64,000 nucleotides of DNA from Eledone cirrhosa (taxonomy: Eukaryota). Numbering within the stretch: the stretch's first letter is position 1; every line of letters starts with the position of its first letter. Positions 28,106 through 40,408 of this stretch are shown piece by piece. The translations under genes and the position numbers were made by a program. The notes beneath the pieces are model-generated. The model saw nothing but the letters and a program-made list of their open reading frames with translations. It searched no databases and had not been told where the DNA came from. The stretch spans positions 369,086,001 to 369,150,000 of the forward strand of contig OZ024741.1 of assembly GCA_964016885.1 (NCBI GenBank), given 5' to 3'.

Positions 28106-30447
28106 ATATGGAAGTTGAAGGACCCCACAGTCATTAACAAATTTAAAATCATATTACTTGATGCCTTTGACAGTAAGGAAGAGCAATTAGAGACATACAG
28201 TGGGAATTCATCAAAGTTAACCTGCTGAAGGCGACAGATGATCTCTGTGGCTGGAGGGGACCTTCAGGGAGGAGGAGAGTAACTTGATGGTGGAACAGTA
28301 AGGTGGAGGAGACAATCAAGGTAAAAAAGCAGGCTTGGAAAGTTTGGTGGGATGAGGGAGAACACTACAAGGTGGCTAGAAACAAGTGTACTTTGCAAGA
28401 AGCAAAGCAGAGGGTAGAAAGTTCAAGCATGTTCTACAACGTGAGGACCAAAAACGTGGGGTATTCAGGATTGCAAGACAATGTGTCAAGGAAAATTGTG
28501 ATATTGTTGGGAAGAAGTGTGTAATGATGATGGTGTACTTGCCCTCACTGATACTGATAAGAAGGTAGCTTGGAAGTGTCACTACGAGAGACTACTAAAT
28601 GAGGAGAATAAATGGGAAAAAGATAGTCTGCCCCAAATCGATCCAATAGAGGGACCAGCTGTGCAAGTTAATGGCAGTATAATAAGTAAGGCAATCAAAG
28701 ATATGAAGACAGGCAAGGCAGCTGGGCCTTCGGAGATAGTTGCTGAGATGTTGAAAGCATCTGGAATGGTGGGACATACTATGATCACCCGGATAGGAAA
28801 CCAAGTAATACAGAATGGGGTCATACCAAATGACTGGTGTAGCAGCATTATCATTAACTGCTACAAGGGAAAAGGAGACGCTCTAGATAGAGGAAACTAT
28901 AGAGGCATTAAGTTAGTTGACCAGGTCATGAAGGTCACAGAAAGAATTGGCAACGTTAGAATTAACAAAAAATATAGTGAAGAATTTAGCGTAAAAGTAA
29001 GTGTTCATCAAGGCTCCGTCCTTAACCCCACCTGTTTATTATTGCCCTTCAGGCTATAACAGAGGAGTTTAAGACCAACTGCCCATGGGAACTTCTATAT
29101 GCAGATAATCTCACTCTCATAGCTGAATCTATGACTGAACTAGAGAAGAAATTCCAAACATGGAAACATGGCCTAGAATCAAAAGGCCCTAAAGTTAACT
29201 TGTCTAAGACTAAAGTTCTAGTATGTAGAAAGGAAAATAGGGCACAGCTGCCCCCTGGGAAATGGTCATGGTCAGTGTGTAGGAAAAGAGTAGGTAGAAA
29301 TTCCATTCTATGCCCCAAATGCAAATGGGTGCATAAAAGATGTAATGGGATCACAGACAAGCTATCTAAGAATGTTGATTTTATATGTGGCCGATGCTCA
29401 GGTGCAATAAGTAGCAAGTGCCTACAGAATACTAGCTCCTCCTACTGCCGAGATGGTTTTATAGAAATAGTGGACACTTTCCGTTATCTGGGTGATAAAA
29501 TCAGCAGTGGTGGAGGGTGCTCTGAAAGTACAGTAGCCAGAGTTAGAACGGGATGGAAAAAGTTCAGAGAGCGAATACTGCTGTTGGCCATAAAAGGTTT
29601 CTCTCTAAAAATGAAAGTTAGATTGTATGATGGTTGTATACGAACAGCAATGTTACATGGCAGTGAGACATGGGCATTGTTTTCAGAGGACCTGCGCAGA
29701 TTGGAAAGGAACAAAGCATGCATGCTCCGTTGGATGTACAATTATAATATACAAGAATGGCAAAACATAAACGAACTAAGTGAGAAATTAGGAATAAGAG
29801 GGATCAGATGATGTTTACTTGAGAGAAGATTACGTTGGTATGCTCATGTGATGCACATGAAAGATGACAGCTGTATAAAAAAGTGCAGGGCGATCAACAT
29901 TGATGGGAGTTATGGAGTAGGTAGACCCAGAAAAACCTGGGACGACATGATAAAATCCGACTTGCACACTTACACCTCTAAAACAATGTCACTGGATTGA
30001 GATCTTTGGCACCACACAGTAATACAGAAGACCCGCCTTACCTACGTACAAATTACCCTACAGTCAGTAGGCACCTCTTAACCAAATATACACCCCAACC
30101 CACTACCCTTACTCCATCCTCCCACTTCCACCAACACCACCCTTTCTCTGTAAAGTTATGTTGGTACTACAACATCCAGTCGAAACTAAAGAGGTTGTGT
30201 AGGTGTCATGACCAAAAAGAACCCAGTCCACACTGTAAAGTGATCGTGTAGCAAATTAGGTAAAAGGACTCCCACTCCACGCTGTGAATGTGGTTGGTGT
30301 TAGGAAGGGCATCCAGCTGTATAAAAACTGCCAGAATCAGTCCTATACAAGCGAGACATGGTCATCCGATCAATCTTGCCTCAAGTGGGACAATTCCCGT
30401 CTAAACCATACTAGCATGGAAGATAGACGTTAAATGATGATGATGAT
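28106..30447 (+). mobile_element. RTE-clade LINE, 5'-truncated, internally deleted and frameshifted
   Basis: GKAAGPS, YKGKGDALDRGNYRGIKL, VHQGSVL, YADN, FRYLG, AMLHGSETW motifs; 3' UTR ending GACGTTAAA(TGA)n. Confidence 0.92.
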
Positions 30448-30792
30448 TATATATATATTGCATATTGACATAATCTTGTATCAGTAATGACGGTTATATA
30501 TACATATATGTGTGTGTCTGTGTAAGTGAGTAGCGTGTGTGTGTTTGTCTGTACACATGAGTGTTGGTGTGCGCACGCGTATGTATGTGTGTCTGCGTGT
30601 GTGTGTATGTTGTACGTATGAGTGTCAATAAGTGAGTTTTTTTTTTAGAGAAATAGTCGGGCTCGCTAAGTGCACAGTCTTTCCTCACTTTAAAAATATT
30701 CTTTACACACAGGCATTGCACGATTGCATTAATTAATAATTATTAATAGTGTATTAGTATTATTATTATTGTTACTATTATTATACTATACT

Positions 30793-31733
30793 AAGGAAGG
30801 CTCTGTAGAGACAGTAGACAGCTTCTGCTACCTAGGTAACCGAATTAGCAGCGGAGGTGGGTGTTCAGAAAGTGTAAGAACGGGATGGAAGAAGTTCAGG
30901 GAACTACTGCCACTGCTAGCTGCGAAAGGCTTCTCCCTCAAAATGAAAGGCAGACTGTATGATGCATGTATCCGAACAGCAATGTTACTTGGTAGTGAGA
31001 CCTGGGCGCTGAAGGTGGAAGACTTACGTAGATTAGAGAGAAACGAAGCCTGCATGCTCCGATGGATGAGTAATAGTAATATACGCGAACGACAAAGCAT
31101 AAATGAATTGAGAGAGAGACTGAGCATAAGAGGAATCAAATGGTGTGTGCAGGAGAGGCGGTTGCGTTGGTATGGACATGTGATGCGTATGAAGGATGAC
31201 AGCTGCATAAAAAGGTGCAGAGCATTAGAAGTCGATGGAAACCGCGGAGTGGGGAGACCCAAGATGACCTGGGATGAGGTGATAAAAGCCGACCTTACTC
31301 AATTACACCTCTCAAAGGCGATGACACACGACCGTGACCTCTGGCGTCACGCAGTAATACAGACCTCTGGCGTAATACGCAGTAATACAGACCTCTGGTG
31401 TCACGCAGTAATACCCGACCTCCCATGGGTACAAGCTGAAGCATATAGACAATATGCTCCCACTGCAAGGTGGTCGTAGAAGTGCCATGGCAAAAAAGCA
31501 CCCAGCCCACACTGTAAAGTGGACATGTAGGCGCCACGAAAAAGCCCCCAGCACTCACTGTAAATGAGGTTGGTGTTAGGAAGGGCATCCAGCTGTAGAA
31601 ATCAAGCCAAATCAGTTCCTGTATGAGCAAGGCATGGTCAGCCGACTAGACACTGCCCACAACAGGGCAACCCATCTAACCCATGCTAGCGTGGAAGAAC
31701 GGACGTAAAACGGTGATGATGATGATGATGATG
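30793..31733 (+). mobile_element. RTE-clade LINE 3' fragment
   Basis: ORF 30769-31479 (FCYLG, GSETW, RRLRWYGHVMR, GRPKMTW); 3' UTR with AGGAAGGGCATCCAGC and a (GAT)n tail. Confidence 0.92.
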
Positions 31734-31789
31734 ATTATTATTACTTTTTTTTTTCTTTTCTCAATTCAATGATGTTCTAAAACAATATA

Positions 31790-34700
31790 AAAGAGATAAT
31801 TGGCAATAAGGGTTCTGGAACAAAAGAGATAATTGGCAATAGGGGCAGGGGCCCCAGGTTATCATAGCTTGGGCCCGCTCGCCATCGTGCCACTGTAATA
31901 GAGCCAAACAAGGCATTTAGTCTTGGCTGCTGGAACGTACGGACGCTGCTTGACAGAGATTCCTTGGAACATCCTGAACGCTCTTGTTGCAAAGGAGCTT
32001 CGACGTTACAACATCGTAGCTTTATCTGAGACGGGGTTAGCTGGAGATGGTCATCTTACAGAATTTTGTGGAGAATATACATTCTTCTGGAAAGGAAGAG
32101 ATGAAGGAACCAGAAGAGAGGCTGGGGTAGCATTTGCTGTTAAGACTGCTCTTGTGGATAAATTAGAAGAATTCCCAGTGGGGATTAGTGAGCGTCTTAT
32201 GTCCACGAGAATTCCGCTGGGCAAAGGAAGATATGCAACCCTGGTGAGTGTGTATGCTCCAACTATGAATTCTGTCGATGAAGAAAAAGTGTCCTTGAAG
32301 GTGTTTTAAGAAATATCCCTCAGGCAGACAAAGTCATCGTGCTTGGTGACTTTAATGCTAGAGTGGGTAGGGATTTTAACACATGGAATGTAATTGGAAG
32401 GCATGGGGTGGGAAAGTGTAACAACAATGGTATACTCCTACTGCAGATGTGTGAGGAGCTGGATCTGTGTGTTACCAACACCATGTTCCAACAAAAGAAC
32501 AAATTTAAGACTACATGGATGCATCCTGCATCTAAGGAATGGCATCTTTTGGACTACGTCCTTGTCAGGGTGCGTGACAGACAGGATGTGCAGTGTGTTC
32601 GTGTTCTTCGTGGAGCTGAGTGCTGGACGGACCATTGCCTGGTACACGCAAAAGTGAAACTAATCGCTAAACGTAAAATCCGGGCTCCTAGTGTTACCCT
32701 GCCCAGAAGATTGAATGCGGCTCGTCTTAGGGATAAAAATGTGAAGAGGACATTGCGAGAAGAAATGCAGGTTGCAGATCTTGGTGAGGATTGGCCGACC
32801 CTTAAAAAGTCGGTTTATGATGTAGGCAGTCATGTTCTGGGATTGGTGCAGAGAAAACATCAAGACTGGTTTAATGAGAATGATGAACATATAGAAGACT
32901 TGTTGGCTGATAAGAGGCGTGCTCTGTCATGCTACTTGATGGTAAAACCACATGAGAAGAATATGTTGCATAAGGAACTCAAGGATGTGAAATCACATGT
33001 TAGGCGGAGTCTTTCTCAGATGAAGGATCAGTGGTGGAGTGAGAAGGCTGATGAGATACAAGCTGCGTCAGATTCCAATGACACAAAGCTGTTGTACTCT
33101 CTCTTGCGTGAAGTTTATGGACCGTCTTCTTCTCTGGTGACACCGCTTCGCAGCAGGGATGGCAAAGAACTTCTTCGTGACTCACAAGGAATTCTACGAA
33201 GGTGGCGAGAGCACTTTCATGAACTTTTGAATCAGCCGTCTGTCGTCAATGAAGATTTCCTCAATTTCATTCCAGTAGTTCTCGCAGAACCTTCGACGCT
33301 TGTGGAGGTTGCAGTAGCTATCTCGAAGCTGAACAGTGGAAGGTCTCCAGGTATGGATGGCATACATACAGAGCTCCTACAATATGGTGGTAAGAGAATT
33401 CTGCAACATCTTCACTCTTTGTTTGGCAGGATATGGGCTAATGAATCCATACCTGAGGACTGGAGAGATGCAGTAATGGTGGTCTTGTACACGAGAAAGG
33501 GTAACAGGAATGATTGTGGGAACTACAGCGGTATATCATTGCTTTCTGTCATAGGGAAAGTTTTAAGTAGGGTGCTTCTGAACCGTCTGCTGACACACAT
33601 TGCAGATTGTGTTCTTCCTGAAAGTCAATCTGGTTTTCGTGCTGGACGCGGCACTACTGATATGATCTTCTCAGCTAGACAGCTCCAGAAGTGCATGGAA
33701 CAAGGTTTGGATCTGTATCAGGTTTTTGTCGATCTGACAAAAGCTTTCGATACTGTTAACAGAAATGCATTATGGAAGGTTCTCCAGAAACTTTGTTGCC
33801 CTGATAAGTTCTTTGCTTTGGTTAGGTCTTTCCATAACGACATGAAGGCTTGGCTTAATGTTGGAGGTAACATGTCGAAACCTATCTCAGTAAAAAATGG
33901 AGTGAAACAAGGGGATATTGCAGCACCGACCCTGTTTGCCATATACTTTGCAATGGTGTTTACATCCGATATCGAACGTCAGGTAGCATATTTAACATCA
34001 GGCACTTTGCTGCAAAAACAAAAGTATTTACATCAATCATAAGAGACCTCTTGTATGTAGATGATTGCGATCTTGTAGCGCACACAGAGAGTGATATGCA
34101 GCACATTTTGAATGCATTTTCTGATGCTGGCACTGCCCTAGGATTGACTGTCAGTCTCAAGAAAACCGTCGTCATGTACCAACCTGCCCCTGGTAAGCAG
34201 TACAGTGAACCAAATATCTATGTGTATAGTAAACGACTTGGAGTGGTTGATCAGTTTGTCTACCTGGGAAGCACTGTCAATCGATACGGCAACCTTGATA
34301 ATGAAATCCCACTCAGGATTAGGAAAGCAAGTGATGCTTTCAGAAAGCTAGAAAGGCGACTCTGGGGTCAGCGAGACATATGCAAGAAGACAAAGGTAAA
34401 GGTGTACAAGGCATGTTTGCTCTCTTCTCTTCTTTATGCCTGCGAGATTTGGGTCACATATCGACACCACCTTAAGCAATTGGAGCGTTTCTATCAGATG
34501 TGTCTCAGACGGATCCATGGCGTTCACTGGAGGGACCACATCAGTGATGTCGAGATTTTGGAAAGCTCTCTGTGTGACACTAGAGAAGCTCTTGCGCTTA
34601 AGCAACGACTCCGTTGGAGTGGTCACCTTGCCAGGATGAAGGATTCTAGAATACCCAAACAACTCTTTTATGGAGAGTTAGTTAAAGGAGAACGACCGCC

Positions 34701-35235
34701 ACATAAACCAAAAAAGAGGTATAAGGATTCCTTGAAAGCCTCTTTGAAAGACGCTAACATCTCTGCTGATACATGGGAAAATGTTGCTGCTGATCGCAAT
34801 AAATGGAGAAAGACTGTATATGAGGGGAACGTTGCCTTTGATGCATCTCGAATTGCATACGAGAAAGTAAAGCGGGATGTGAGGAAGGGCATTACTGTTG
34901 CATTTCCAGACGGCGAAGTTCCTCCTATGGTGCTGACATGCAGTGTCTGTGCGAGACTCTGCTTAAGCAAAGCTGGACTTGAAAGCCATCTTCGCAGTCA
35001 TAAAGTGAGACCAGTGGTTGACTACCAGGCTGCTGTTGGAGATGCTACTCATCATGCTTGCCAAGCATGTGGTAGAGAATGTAAGTCAGCAGGAGGGCTC
35101 AAACGACATGCAAAAGTACATGAACTCCAACCACAGCCGGCTATTACCAGTTAATGTTTTGGTTGCCAAATCTGTGCAAGACATTTTAGATCATTGGCTG
35201 GGCTAAAAAGCCACATTCGTTCGCAGCGCTGTTAA
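31790..35235 (+). mobile_element. Near-full-length BovB/RTE-like LINE (second RTE family), single EN-RT-ZnF ORF disrupted by frameshifts and a stop
   Basis: EN: GCWNVRTL, ALSET, YAPT, GDFNARVG, WMHP..K.WHLLDY, TDH. RT: SPGMDGI, PESQSGFR, FVDLTKAFD, GVKQG, YVDD, FVYLG. C-terminal C2H2 fingers. Confidence 0.93.
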
Positions 35236-35256
35236 TTGCTATCGTGTGTGTATATA

Positions 35257-36137
35257 CGAGGTGTGTCAGAAAAGTTCCAGGATTGTTGTCACAAAAGATT
35301 TATTTTAAACACAAACTTCACACTAAGAGTTTTCTCCTTCAAATAATCCCCCTGGATTATGTAACTGTAATCTTAGCTCTCTGCAGCGATCAAACTTTTT
35401 TCTTCATAATTTTATATACATGTCCTCTGTTTCAGGTCGTCAAGCAATGAGCACAGAACAACGAACAAACTTGAAAACTCCGTCAGAAGCACTGGGATTG
35501 CTGCAGCAAGTGTATGGAGATGAGACGATGTCACGCTCACGTGTTTTTGAGTGGTGCAATAGGTTTAAAGAAGGACGCGAAGACGTGGAAGATGACCCCA
35601 GGAGCGGAAGGCCCTCAACAACCAGAACTGAGGTCAACGTTGAGTGCGTCAGGCAGATGGTGCGTAGCGATCGTTGGCTGACTGTTCGACTGATGGCAAA
35701 TGAGTTGGGTATGAATTGGAACAGCGTCTGGAAGATTCTCACTGAAAATTTGGACATGCGGAAAGTCTGCGCGAAGATGGTGCCAAAACTGCTGAACGAT
35801 GACCAGAAAGGTCGACGCATGCAAGTGTGCCAGGACATCCTCGAGTGTCTTGAAACCGAACCAGACTTGCTAGGGACAGTCATCACTGGTGATCAAGTAC
35901 GACCCGGAGGGGATCCGCTTTGAAGACGTGGACGACATCAAAAAGGCCGTGATGACGGAACTGCGGAGGATCCCGGAAGAATCCTTCCTGGAGTGCATGC
36001 AAGCGTGGCAGAAAAGGAAGGAAAAGTGCATTAGACTCCAGGGGGATTACTTTGAAGGAGAAAACTCTTAGTGTGAAGTTTGGATTTGAAATAAATCTTT
36101 TGTGACATCAGTCCTGGAACTTTTCTGACACATCTCG
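35257..36137 (+). mobile_element. Internally deleted mariner transposon (881 bp) with ~100-bp TIRs and TA target duplication
   Basis: TA|CGAGGTGTGTCAGAAAAGTTCCAGG...CCTGGAACTTTTCTGACACATCTCG|TA. Transposase N-terminus (VEDDPRSGRP, VCAKMVPKLL, VITGD) joined to the C-terminus (KCIRLQGDYFEG); the middle of the catalytic domain is missing. Confidence 0.95.
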
Positions 36138-36188
36138 TATATGTATATGTGTATATTATTATTGTTATTGTTGTTGTCATTATTATTG

Positions 36189-36219
<31 letters not shown>

Positions 36220-36274
36220 GGTTTTTTTTCTTTTTTTTTCTCGTGCAAGGGCCATACGCGATAACGAGGGGGCA

Positions 36275-36312
<38 letters not shown>

Positions 36313-36779
36313 CAGGGAAAAGCGGATGTAAAATGATGATGAGAATCGGAATTTCAGCCCACGAAATCACGATAAACAATATCCGATATATGTGGCAGAG
36401 GGCTCAATAATTTGGAAAAATCAGAGCTATAACTATCGTTAAAATACCAACACATAGAGGTCATGCCTAAAATCATCCATGCAGCCGAAAATAAACGACC
36501 AGGAAGATTCGGGTCACTCAAATAAAATATCAATAAATTAATAAATATATATATATATAAATATATATATATTAAAATACCAGAAGATCCTGTTAAGGGT
36601 GAAAGCAGCGATTCTTTGCTTAAACTTTAATCTGTTATTTTAATAAATATTTGCTCTACGGTTCTTATATATTTGATATATATTTATCCTTATCGACCCC
36701 TCTTTGGATTTTAGTCTTCAAATTTATTATTATTACTATATATATATAAATATATATATACATTATATATATATAATAT

Positions 36780-36925
36780 ATTGATGGGAGTTATGGAGTA
36801 GGTAGACCCAGAAAAACCTGGTACGACATGATAAAATCCGACTTGCACACTTACACCTCTCTAAAACAATGTCACTGGACCGAGATCTTTGGCGCCACAC
36901 AGTAATACAGAAGACTCGCCTTACC
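36780..36925 (+). mobile_element. Short RTE fragment nearly identical to 29900-30040
   Basis: TTGATGGGAGTTATGGAGTAGGTAGACCCAGAAAAACCTGG... is shared with the copy at ~29900. Confidence 0.85.
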
Positions 36926-37388
36926 TTCTTTCACCCTCTCTTCCTGAAACTGCATCAACCCCATTAAGACAAGACAATCAGCAAAACATTTACCACACAC
37001 CATCCACCCTTAGCCCTTGGGTCTCGTAATAGTATCTCCCAATTAATCTCTAATTTATTGCTTTTTCTTTTATCTGTCACTGCCTCAGACTCTCTACACG
37101 TATCTATGTATGTTTCGAATATGACTTTTCATGGTAGCACTAAACCCACCACACAATCCTTATACGGACATTTACTCACCACCACCACTATTACATTCTG
37201 TACTTATTTCTTTATATTTCTATTATTTTTCCATTTTCTTACTTTTTTACTGTATCTTTTTTCTTATCTTTTACTTTTTACATCTGTAACTTCTTTACCT
37301 ATTTATCATATATATTTTATTATTGATGTTATTGTTTTGATTATATTATGTGCCTCTATATATATCTTGCCATGTATGAATTACTTCT

Positions 37389-37499
37389 GTATTCTGAGGA
37401 TTTGATCAGAGGTATATAATGTAATGGGGATCGAGTAATGCAACTCCGAGCGATTAGTGGCCTCTAGACTCACCTGATCAATGAAACAATTGTTAATAC
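37389..37499 (+). ncRNA. Minimal type-I hammerhead ribozyme motif (HH1)
   Basis: Stem I GTATT/AATAC; core CTGAGGA; stem II TTGATCAG/CTGATCAA with a long loop; GAAA; palindromic stem III ACAATTGT; predicted cleavage after GUU at 37494. Confidence 0.75.
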
Positions 37500-37563
37500 C
37501 TGAAATAAAGCCCCTTGTTGTACAGCCAACCATGTTACTCTTCATTCTTTCACTAATATATAA

Positions 37564-37712
37564 TAGTATCTAGAATAAGGACGGGTTGGAAGAAATTTAG
37601 GGAGCTGCTTCCTCTGTTGACAAAGACAGGTTTCTCCTTACGAATGAAAGGCCAGTTATATGATGCCTGTGTGCGATGCGCGAGACATGGGCAGCAACTG
37701 CGGAGGATATGC
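37564..37712 (+). mobile_element. RTE fragment
   Basis: TAGTATCTAGAATAAGGACGGGTTGGAAGAAATTTAGGGAGCTG matches 45864 onward. Confidence 0.8.
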
Positions 37713-37871
37713 ATACTTACACACACATATATATATGTGTATATATGTATGTATATATATATGTATATATGTGTGTGTGTGTATGTATATATATATATAC
37801 ATATATATACATATATGTATGTGTATATATGTATATATATATGTCTGTGTGTGTATGTATATCTATATATG

Positions 37872-38232
37872 TCAGGTCACTCTTGAGTGCTACTGGTAAC
37901 ATGTAACCCAGTACAACCTGTCACATGATCGGGTCATTGGCGACTAAACCGGCAACCCCACCAAGTTTACTTGGACACTCTGCAGGACAAAAAATAAAAT
38001 TAAAACCTGACAAAGGGCGGAAGACCGCATAAGAGTCAACGGCCATCCAAAAATGTGTAAATATGTATGTACACATGTACATATGTATGTATTGCGGGGG
38101 GACATAGAAATAGTCAGGCTGGATACCCGATCGCGCGGTTAAACCATTGGGAGTGAAGGACTCCTAACCTTTGTCAGGGCATTCTTCTAGGAGAAAGCAA
38201 TTGAGGAAACTCAAACATAAAACCTACGGCTC
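37872..38232 (+). repeat. Unclassified GC-richer repeat, possibly RTE 5'-UTR derived
   Basis: Contains the inverted pair CCTGACAAAGG / CCTTTGTCAGG and a CTAGGAGAAAG...AAACTC motif reminiscent of RTE leaders. The assignment is from recall only. Confidence 0.3.
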
Positions 38233-38584
38233 AGTAGTTACCAATGATGTTGTTCTTTTCTTTTTTTCAGGTTATAGCTACTGTTGCTCAGAGAGTGGGA
38301 TTGGCTCAGTGCACAGTCTTTTGTCTTGTAGTAAGACGCCTTACGCCCCCTGTCGGATAATGGACCAGGCCTAGTTGTCTCCCCCTGGTTGAGAACACCT
38401 TTTAAGTAAGCAGCAGACAGCCATGGGAACAGCAGACAGCAAACAGCAGACGGCCTCTGTACCACGAAACAATAGACAGCCACGCAGACAGCAAACAGCA
38501 CACGGCCTTTGTAATTGTAATACGTTGCCTTCACTACAACTGGATCACGTAAATATTGGTATGTTGGTTCATTTGTAATATAAT

Positions 38585-38758
38585 TGTTTCTACGTTTGGC
38601 ACAAGGCCAGAAATTACCCAGTGTATTACTGGTACTTTATTTTATCGACCCCGTAAGGATGAAAGGCAAAGTTAACCTCGGCGGGATTTGAACTCAGAAT
38701 GGCAAGGGTCGTAACTCTATGCGTCAAAGCATGGCGTCCGACCCTCTACCGATACTGC
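38585..38758 (-). mobile_element. SINE family A inserted in the Gypsy 5' LTR only
   Basis: 177 extra bp in the 5' LTR relative to the 3' LTR, matching the SINE A reverse complement. Confidence 0.92.
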
Positions 38759-39629
38759 AATAAACACATGATAGACAAAATAAACATCACCATTATTTAC
38801 ATTGTTGAATATAACTCTCGTTGTGGTTATTGTCTTGTCTACGCACATACCCACTCACTTGTTATAATTCTATGGAGTACCTATCCTCTCACTTACAAAA
38901 ATGGTAAATAAACGAGGGACTTTCCCTCACGTCTATATTGATAAACTATCCAACTAGGATACATCATTACCACACTGGTAACCCCGACTAAAGAATTTTA
39001 CGCAGCCCTTTTATTCATTTGAACTTAAATATTTCACTGTTATTACCACGTTGCCAACCTTTTCGCAACTTACAAAAATACAAAAAAAAAAAGACAAAGA
39101 AATAATAAAGTGTTTATACAGTATTGACAAAGCATACAAACCAGCCAAAAATTTTTTCCAAGATGGCGTTGCTTTCCTTCTCCGTTTTGCAATTTTCCGC
39201 CAGAACAGGGACATTTTGAATTGCGTGTGTGTGTTCCATATTTGATCAGGAAAAAAACTTTTTTGTGAACATTACTGCCCCGCTGGGGATACGCATGCCT
39301 TACTTTTTTTTCTAAGGGATTTTTTAGCCACTGGCTACCTATTGTTGATATCCAACGTGGATATATTCTAAAACAAACATTTTTTTTTCTCTTTTTCTCG
39401 GGTTATATGATTTGGCTTGCCCGTTGAAGCAACACAAGGGGACAGACGTTGAAGAAAAAAAAAAAATTTTTTTTTAATATATATGTACTTTATGTATTTT
39501 TGCTATTTCCTAATGTTTTGAATGTCTGTTTCTTTTTGACCTTTGATTTTTTTTCCATTTTGGGTGTGTACTTTGCCCTGTACGAGGGAACATTAATTGC
39601 TGTTTCTATTTTTTTAAAGTCGTTTCACA

Positions 39630-40408
39630 ATGAATGCGCCACATTTGCCCGCCTTTACCGGAAACCCTAAGCTGTGGTTCGCCCAGCTACAGGCGTATTT
39701 TACGGTCTGTAAGACCGAGTCTGACCAGCGCCTTCGTGTCTTGATTAGCGGACTTCCCCCTAATTTAGCAGATTCGGTCCAAAACCTAATTACAGACCCC
39801 CCCCCTCTGACTTAACGTATGACTCTTTAAAAGGCGAGATCTTGAGAAGGAACTGTAAATCGGTAGAGAGTCGTTTTCGGTCATTGATCGAGGTCGAACG
39901 ACTAGGTGACAGAACCCCTACCGCTTTTCTCCGGCATTTGCGGGAATTGAGTGATTCCCAGGATTAGGATAGCCCTTTCCTGAAGCAATTGTTCTTCTCT
40001 CGCCTACCTCAAGAGGTACAGGCGATCCTAGCCCATATGCTAGAAGTAAACACACTCGACCACATTGCTGTCTCTGCCGACAAAATAGTAGAAGTGACGA
40101 AGAGAGACACTTCGAAGCAAAAGTACGTTGCTTCCTCGTCTCTTCCTCAATCACGCTCATCAGCGAGTGATGAGAAGTTAGTCAAAACAATGGAAGCCAT
40201 GACTCGTCAAATGGCGGAGTTGTGCCAGGAACTCAGGTCTTTTGGACGGCAGAGGAGCCGCTCACGAACTTATTCAACTCCTCGCCACCGTAGCCTTTCA
40301 AAAACTTCAAATCCACCATATTGTTATTACCATGACAAATATGGTGACAAAGCCGCCCATTGTAGGCCTCCTTGTGCTTACAAGGGAAACGACGACCAGA
40401 GTCACTAA
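39630..40408 (+). pseudogene. gag: Gypsy gag (frameshifted)
   Basis: LPAFTGNPKLWFAQLQAYF; LGDRTP; FFSRLPQEVQAILA; CYYHDKYGDKAAHCRPPC (C-x2-H-x9-C-x3-C). Confidence 0.9.

Noticed and set aside
31790-31855. Short direct duplication AAAAGAGATAATTGGCAATA at the RTE 5' side as an HDV-like ribozyme or TSD
   Set aside because: No nested double pseudoknot could be drawn, and there is no matching copy at the element's 3' end.
36571-36645. Possible hammerhead CAGAAGA...GAAAGCA...TGCTT
   Set aside because: The core deviates and stem I does not pair next to the core; at best a decayed copy.
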